Shown in pieces: positions 55,995 to 64,000 of a stretch of DNA of 64,000 bases. Each line of letters opens with the position of its first letter. Position 1 is the stretch's first letter. A model generated the notes under the pieces. It ran no database searches, was not told where the DNA came from, and worked only from the letters and a program-made list of their open reading frames with translations. The stretch comes from Octopus vulgaris. Taxonomy: Eukaryota. The DNA is taken from assembly GCA_951406725.2 (NCBI GenBank), contig OX597826.1, positions 56,916,001 through 56,980,000 of the forward strand. Direction: 5' to 3'. The translations under genes were made by a program, and so were the position numbers.

Positions 55995-56881
55995 CTGAAA
56001 TAAAAAAAAATCTATTTGAAGAGATAGCTTATGCAAAGTTTAGTGTGTCTAAGAGATGAAGGAGACGTGAATGCTGGAAGCTGGGTTGAAATATAAACAG
56101 ACACATTTGTGCTCTCAAGTGGTTTACTTGGTGTTACATATTGGTAAACAGTGTTGTAGGAAGACAGCAATATGTTTCATTGTACAAAATAAGCGTGTTA
56201 CATACAATACAGTATTGGCTTTGTGAAACCGCTGAAGTTTATAATAATATCCAGTACAATTTGGCTTATAGCAACAGGTATTGGCTTTAATTAAAGAATA
56301 CCGATACATATTCAGAGTGAATACATGTGAACTAGAAAGTAACCTCTTAGATGAGTGGTACATATTATTAACTGCAATGTAACAAATAGCAAGTCGTTAG
56401 TGAAGATAGAGAAGGAAAGAGCATGATTTAAATGCAGTTCTGCTAAAGTTCGAATTATCAACAGGACAATGATTAAAATGAAATCTTAGTTGCTATGGAC
56501 AGAAATAGCTTTGGTGTTATCCATATCTCGTATTTTATAAACTCAACTACAATAACATACTACTTGCTTCAGAAATGATGAATGTTCCTCTAACGACAAT
56601 GTTCTTTTGTTAAAGCAGGAGAAAAATGAGAAGAAGATAATTCATGAACTTGATCACGATTGAATAATTTATTGTTTGAAAGAAAACACTATTAATATTT
56701 CATTTGTTAACCACAGAATAGTGAACAGTAAAACCGAACCTTGTAGCCACCTAACCAACCTCTCTGCTGTTTTGCTCCATCTCCTCACTCCTAAAACCAG
56801 CAACAAAGCTTATATGTGGTTACTCGATGCTAATTTAACCATTTTAATATCAACTTGCCTGAGGCTGCTGCTTGGTTCTGT

Positions 56882-57113
56882 GGCGGTGAGCTGGCAGAAA
56901 CGTTAGCACACCAGGCAAAATGCTTAGCGGTATTGCGTCTGTCGTTGCGTTCTGAGTTCGAATTCCGCCGAGGTCGACTTTGCCTTTCAGCCTTTCGGGG
57001 TCGATAAATTAAGTACCAGTTACACACTGGGGTCGATGTAATCGACTTAATCCATTTGTCTGTCCTTGTTTGTCCCCTCTATGTTTAGCCCCTTGTGGGC
57101 AATAAAGAAACAG
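56882..57113 (+). mobile_element. family A SINE inserted in an old piggyBac-like MITE
   Basis: Complete match. Flanks resemble the two halves of 61734-61954. Confidence 0.88.
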
Positions 57114-57728
57114 ATATATGCTTCTAGTTTTAAAGTCATCTAAAAACTCATCATCAAAATTTCATGTTAATTCATGTTCCAAAGTCATTTCAGTAAATTC
57201 TGTATCATTTTTTCAAAATTAATTGAAATAAAAGCAGCGTATTTCAGCAGAAATATGGCAACAAAAGCATTGATCAATGTGGCATCAACATATTTCTTCC
57301 CAACAAATTCTCTACACTCTTTAGAATGGGCAAGTGAAGACATGGTTCAAGACTCAAATCTTAGAATAGCAATATTTACACTGAAAACTGTAAAGTAACT
57401 GAATGAGCCTCTTTAGGGTTGCTTAGCTTACTGCTTTTAGATATAGGCATGCAAGAAACAGAAGCAAAATCTCAATTCAAATCTCACTCTACAACTTAAA
57501 AATAATAGTACATTGGATAATGCAATTCTAGAAACATGATGTCTTCAATCAAAGAAAGACAGGATGATCACAGCCACTTGGTAAATGTTGACTCTACTTT
57601 AAAACAGCAGCATCTACAACCATTATCATCAAGTATTTTGTATCCTATACATGCTAAAAAATTATGTAATGAAGATCATACAATATCAGCTATCCATATC
57701 CACAATCCTGCTATGATTAATGATTATA

Positions 57729-57886
57729 GGTGCAGACATGGCTGTATGGTAAAAAGCTTACTACTCAACCACATTGTTCCAGCTTCAGTCCCACTGCAAG
57801 GCACCTTGGGCAAGAGTCTTTTACTCTAGCCTTGGGCTGTCCAAAGCTTTGTGAGAGGATTTGGTAGATGGAAACTGAAAGAAGCC

Positions 57887-57973
<87 letters not shown>

Positions 57974-58615
57974 ATCAAAATCGATCAACATCAATGGAAT
58001 TTGTAGTTGTGATACCAGTGCCGGTAGCACATAAGAGAACCATCCGAACGTGGCCGTAGCCAGCGCCGCATCGCCTGGCCTCTGTGCCGGTGGCATGTAA
58101 CAAACATCATCCGATTGTGGCTGTTGCCAGCCTTGCCTGACCTCCATGCCGGTGGCACGTAAAAAGCACCATCCGAACATGGCCGTTCGCCAGCCTCATC
58201 TGGCACCTGTGTCGGTGGCACGTAAAAAGCACCCACTACACTCACGGAGTGGTTGTTGTTAGGAAGGGCATCCAGCTGTAGAAACACTGCCAGATCTGAC
58301 TGGGCCTGGTGCAGCCTTCAGGCTTCCCAGACCTCTGTTGAACCGTCCAACCCATGCTAGCATGGAAAGCAGACGTTAAACGATGATGATGATATATATA
58401 TATATATGTTGTGTGTCTGTGCCTGTGTTTGTGCCCCCACCCATCACTTGACGTTGGTGTGTTTATGTCCATGTAACTTAGCAGTTCAGCAATAGAAAAC
58501 AATAGAATATGTACTAGGCTTACAAAGATTTCTTTGACTAAAAATCCTTTAAGGCGGTGCCCCAGCATGGCCACAGTCAGAGGACTGAAACAAGGAAAAA
58601 GATTAAAAGAATAAA
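57729..58615 (+). mobile_element. diverged family B SINE split by a nested family E element
   Basis: Head 57729-57893, tail about 58410-58615. Confidence 0.8.
57973..58393 (+). mobile_element. family E SINE body, 5'-truncated: internal subrepeats of about 63 bp, V-domain-like segment, (GAT)n tail
   Basis: About 3.4 copies of GTGCCGGTGGCACGTAAAAAGCACCATCCG.... AGGAAGGGCATCCAGCTGTAGAAA resembles the V-SINE domain. Tail repeated at 55111-55155. Confidence 0.72.
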
Positions 58616-60177
58616 GGTAAGTTTTTTGTTGAAAGTTTATATATCATGGAGTAACTTAGGAAAGTAAACTGCAAGGTTTAACTGTGTTTGCAAGAATTTG
58701 CTTATATATGCCAAAAGCAAATTTGCCCTTAACATAATTCGTGCATTTATTTATGTATGTGTGTGGACACACATGCATTGCCTAACCCCAGGTTTTGCCA
58801 TGATTAAATAAACCCATGATCAAAGCCATTTAAGCTATGACCATGCTATCTTTTTCTCAGATATATTGCATATAACACTATGTTAGCAAATGCATCTTTT
58901 CTGTTTTTCAAAGGGTAAGATATATGAAGAAGATTTTTAGCTGTTATTTCTAGCAGATTCAGTGACCATGTAGATGGGTCCTTGTATTGTATGTGTGTGC
59001 AAAAATTTATAAATACATGTCATGCAAAAATTAGTATATAAAAGAGAAAGATTTAATGAGTAGCAGAGGAGGAAAAAAGTCTTTTCTATAAGAAGAAAAA
59101 CAAGAAGATACTAAAAAAAAAAGGAAATTTGAATAAGCAAACTTAACATCTTTGCTACATAAAAATACATTTTTTAGCATATAAGCTACCAAAGATAAAA
59201 TTTTAAAAAGAGGAGAAAAAGTCAAGGTACTGTAGTGGGAGGATGAGGGGGGAGTATGAATAATAATAATAATAATAATAATACATAGAAAAACCAGAAC
59301 CAAAAAGATGTCAAAGGTGAGGGAGAAAAAAAAAATTCTAAAACAACTTAAAAAAATAAAAAAAGAACAATAAGCTACAAGAACAATATCTGTCAAAAAT
59401 TGAAGATTCTTTTAGAGAAGATTAGTATTTTAAAATATTTAAAGCAGAAAGATTAACCAACCATAAATAGTTAAAGTGGTTTTCTGTTTTGATTTGAATG
59501 ACAAAAATAAAAACAACAGCAACAATAATAATAATAATAATAAAAATAAAAAAATAGTTGAGCTTATAATAAATGTTGGTCTTTGTGTGTATGAGTGTGT
59601 GTGTGTGTAAGATTGAGGACAGACCTCCAGCTAACACCACCAAATTCATCTGATCAGATAAAAACTGAAAAAAAACTGTGTTCTTAGGTGTTGTTTTTGC
59701 TATAGGAGAGGGTCACATACAGTAACCCCAAGTGTGTGTGTGTGTGTGTGTGAGGGTTGCATCAGGCTTCATTGGATTCCTCGGTTTATTTTGTTGATTA
59801 TTTACATTTTATTTTATTTTCATTCTTAGCATGTTGTTGTCGTTGATGTGGTGGTGGTGGTCGTGGAAAGGTAAAGGTGGGAGCTATAGCATTAGTAATT
59901 TTTGCCTGAGCTTCAAAAAAAGAATCTCACAGCTTGAGTAAAAGAGGGATTATGTTCTGATGATTTCATACAGTGGTAGAAAATTTGTCAAAGTTTATTT
60001 ACAGAAAAACAAAAAAAAAAAAAAAAAATATACATATATATAATTGAATAAATAAAATGAAAACAAAATCTAAGTAGTCATGTGGTGATGAAGTGGAGAA
60101 AGATGACAGTGATGACAGCTGTGATGATTATGCTGATGACACACACGATAAAACATTTAGAGAAAATAGGGATTAAA

Positions 60178-60208
<31 letters not shown>

Positions 60209-60855
60209 TTTATTTTTATAGCTTCCATGTTGAGCCTGTAACATTATGGTGGGTTTTATGTGTGTACATATGTATTTTTACATGTTAACACAGGTTTGAT
60301 AGATTCATATAAGACTATGTAAATTTTCACAGACTGTTACAGTAGTATATACATGTGGATTAATGTTTCTTTTTCCCATTTGGTGCCAATTTCGGAACAA
60401 GTTTGATTGAGTTAAATTAAAACCAAGTTATTGTGCAAAGAAATGAAAAAAAAAAAAAAAAAAATGCCATCTTTAGAATCCATAATCCTTGCTTTAGTAA
60501 CCAATAAAATAAATGATTACACCTCAAGCCAATGCTAGAACCTCTATGTAGTGGCACACCTGCGAAAAATCACAGCCAAATTTCTCACAAACCAACCAAT
60601 GGATAAAAGGACAATGGATGACAGTCAGCTCTCACACCTACCCTACAATGTTATTCCACATTAAGTAATTACACCATCAAGATCTTGAAGATATGAGATA
60701 ATACACGATTAATTCAAATCAATGGGAATCAATAAGCATTATGCTTGATAGAATAATCTGAATGCTAAAGGGTTAAAGTTTGGGATACAGTTCACCTGAA
60801 CTAAAGACAGGTTGGTCATGATTTGAATGCCTTTCATAATAATAACACTCTAATT

Positions 60856-61420
60856 CAGTGGTTCTCAACCATTTTTTACCAATGGATCCCTTTGATTCCT
60901 ATTTTACTCTATTGAACTTCCATAGTCATTCACTGTAAACAAAAAATAATCTTACTGTATTTTTATAATTAAACTAGCAGTATCGCTCGGCGTTGCTCGG
61001 GTTTGTAAGGGAAATAACTATATAAGCATTTTTAGAGAGTTACTTCCCTTATATAATAGCAAAAAAATGCAGTAAAAATGGGAAAAAATGATGGTAATTT
61101 TTTTTTTAAATCGTAGACTCATCGTAGACTCGCGCTAATACCCAGAAGGGCTCGACATGAATCACGACTATAAGATACCCGGTTTTGGTTAAACTGCACC
61201 GCAAAATGTGGGAGTAGTTAGGAATCTAAATCGTAGGAGACAGACACTCACACAACTTCACTTTTATATATAAAGATATTATTAAGAATTGTATATAAAA
61301 AAAAAACTTTAAATATTTTGTGTATTGTAGAAGTATAACCAATTTATTGTGCATAAATTCCAACAACAAAATCTTATATGGACCCCCAAGGGCCATATAG
61401 ACCCCAGTTCAGAACAACTG
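60856..61420. mobile_element. hAT (Charlie/Buster-like) MITE interrupted by a Helitron
   Basis: TIRs CAGTGGTTCTCAAC / GTTCAGAACAACTG, subterminal GGACCCC...GACCCC. TSD decayed, but both flanks have TA at positions 4-5. Confidence 0.72.
60974..61276 (-). mobile_element. non-autonomous Helitron, 303 bp
   Basis: Minus strand begins TCTTTATATATAAAA and ends with a GC-rich hairpin-like CCCGAGCAACGCCGAGCG, then ATACTGCTAG. Inserted between A and T with no TSD. Confidence 0.85.
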
Positions 61421-61733
61421 CAGTAAAAAATTTGGCCATCAACAGTAACTACTCAACTGCTGAGTGTGTGAGTATGAAGAAGTAAGAAGGGAGTGAGTAA
61501 AATGTTATACTATGTGCACGGAAATCTTAGTTTCAGTCTACCAAAGCTACAGTATTGTCTATCAGGGTCAAATAACTTTTACCCTACACAACTTCAATTC
61601 ATACCAGATACTACATCGGTTTGTGCCAGATGACCAGCATCCTACCCAGAGGATGATTTAGAGCTCAACCACTTAATGCCATCAGAACCAAGAGAAGCTT
61701 TCTGGAATCAGGGTTCACAGTAGAGTCTGTTAA

Positions 61734-61954
61734 CCCTTTCGTTACCAACCCGGCTGAAACCGGCTCTGGCTCTGAGTACAAATGGCTTGTTTTCATAAGT
61801 TTTGAATTAAAATCTTCCACCAAACCTTAGTCACAATTTATGTCCTTAACACTAGCTGAATGATAACTAAGTTATTTTACTAAATTCTTTGTTATATTTA
61901 AAATTAATTGAAAGAAACACAGACCATCTCAACAGAAATACGGTAGCGAAAGGG
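61734..61954. mobile_element. piggyBac-type MITE, 221 bp
   Basis: TTAA TSD (61730-61733 / 61955-61958). 13-bp TIR CCCTTTCGTTACC / GGTAGCGAAAGGG (1 mismatch). Confidence 0.85.
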
Positions 61955-62617
61955 TTAAGTCATAAAGAGTGTGCTTGGTTTACAACGACATATTTTTGTG
62001 AATTTGACTTTGGTTTTAAACCAACTAGAACTAGGGTCCACTTAGCTGTAAATAGGTAGAGTTTGGTAATAACTACTAGATGGTTGTCTAATCCTAATTT
62101 AGTCCTGTTGGAGCAGAGCTATGACCAAATGTATTCCAGCAGTGTTTATATCATCTTCTTGTATATCAGAAACAATACTCAAAGAAAGTAGGGCATGATT
62201 TGTCTGAATTCTAGTAGTTTGGGTGAGTATACAGAGAGGCCACTTCGTTGGCTCAAATAATAGCCAGAAGTATGCAGAAGTGGCACAGTTAATTGATAGA
62301 TGTTTTGTTTGCCAATAATACTGAGTTCAACTCCACCCTTTAGACTAGCTGGAATAGGGTGAGAGTGAAGCAAGTTAGCTTGGTAGAATCTGAGGTATGA
62401 GATACCCTAAATGAAGTGAAAATCTTTAGTGATACCCTTCTAAACCAATCCATTAGTGATACCTTTACAACCTAATCTCTATTATAAAACACAGAGTATT
62501 CCAAAGATACTGGACAGAGATGTAGCAACTTCAAATACCCCTGAAATACAAATGGAAATAGGGAGAGGATTTTATGCATGCACACACAGAGTGAGAGAAC
62601 ATATATATATATATATA

Positions 62618-63132
<515 letters not shown>

Positions 63133-64000
63133 ATGTATGTATAGGGTGCAGAGAGCAAGATATTGAAAGTGGCTCTGCACACCATTTTATCTTACTATTG
63201 TGTGATATATTATATTAGTGCATTCTGAGGTTATTTAGTAGTGGAACTTTTAAGAGATTTTCCAAAATTCATGGAACCTCTAACTATATTTTGTGTGCAA
63301 TCCACAACACCATAATTTCAATAAAATATTTCACAAAAGCAAAAGGTTTTAAAAAGAAAAGTTATTCATATGCAAAAAAAAAAAAAAAAAATAAACAATA
63401 GAATTTCATTCTTTTGAAATGGTAAATACCATTTTTTTCTTTTGTTGATAAAATAAATCTGTATTAAAAGGCATCATATACAGGGGAACCCCAAAATCTT
63501 TTCACAAAACCCTAGTGTTCACCAGAAACTACTCTGAGAAACATTGCATTGATCTGTGACCAACTAGAAGTACTACGGGCAGTGTTTGGTAGCAGTGGTG
63601 ATGGTGGTGGTGGTGGTGGTGGTTGTAGTGGTGGTGATGAGAGTTTCTCCCATTGCTATTTTATTAAACCGAAAAATCCCCTGATCCCCTCCCCACAAAA
63701 CATATCGAGAATAAGAAAGTAGATAGATGATTGTTACATTACCATCTTGTGCTCCACCCCTGCCACCAAGAATAAAGAAGCAGTTTGTATTCCATGGTAA
63801 GAGAGAGAGAGAGAGAGAGAGAGACACAGATGGGTAGGTGGTAGGGGGTGGGAGATAAACTATGTTATTGTCGTAAACCATTGAGGGAGAAGATGTTAAA
63901 CGAAACTTAAAGAATTGTCGGGGCGTATCGATCACTAACATGAGACAACATTGAATATTATCTTTAAATTCTATGTATGTGTGAGTGGGATGGTGAGGGG

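Noticed and set aside
56572-56660. C/D box snoRNA starting ATGATGA
   Set aside because: No terminal CTGA box or terminal stem at a suitable distance, and it is on the opposite strand to the inferred host transcript.
58018-58235. CRISPR-like repeat-spacer array
   Set aside because: The intervening segments are homologous to each other, so these are tandem subrepeats of a SINE. Eukaryotic context with no cas genes.

Overview
This is AT-rich, microsatellite-saturated animal genomic DNA. The tRNA-headed SINE families and repeat landscape look like an Octopus (coleoid cephalopod) genome; I recognised this from memory and did not search a database. Almost all ORFs in the supplied track are microsatellite or SINE artefacts. 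The best-supported gene feature is absent from the track: a minus-strand first coding exon of an ephrin (21319..21165), with a signal peptide, RLPFYWNASNP and a phase-2 GTAAGT donor. An out-of-frame uORF overlaps its start codon. Its CpG-rich putative leader/promoter lies at about 21.3-23.7 kb, and the first intron apparently runs off the left edge. From about 50.5 to 63.6 kb the DNA is CpG-depleted, as expected of a methylated gene body, and holds two phase-compatible candidate minus-strand exons of an unrecognised transcript. Mobile elements include more than 30 SINE copies from five families, two CR1-type LINE 3' ends, a TIR element with internal telomeric repeats, piggyBac-type and hAT-type MITEs, and a Helitron nested in the hAT MITE. 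Several Penelope-like fragments sit in (TA)n tracts and carry hammerhead-ribozyme-like cores; one forms a perfect 52-bp foldback. Repeat boundaries were read by eye and are approximate unless a TSD or TIR fixes them.
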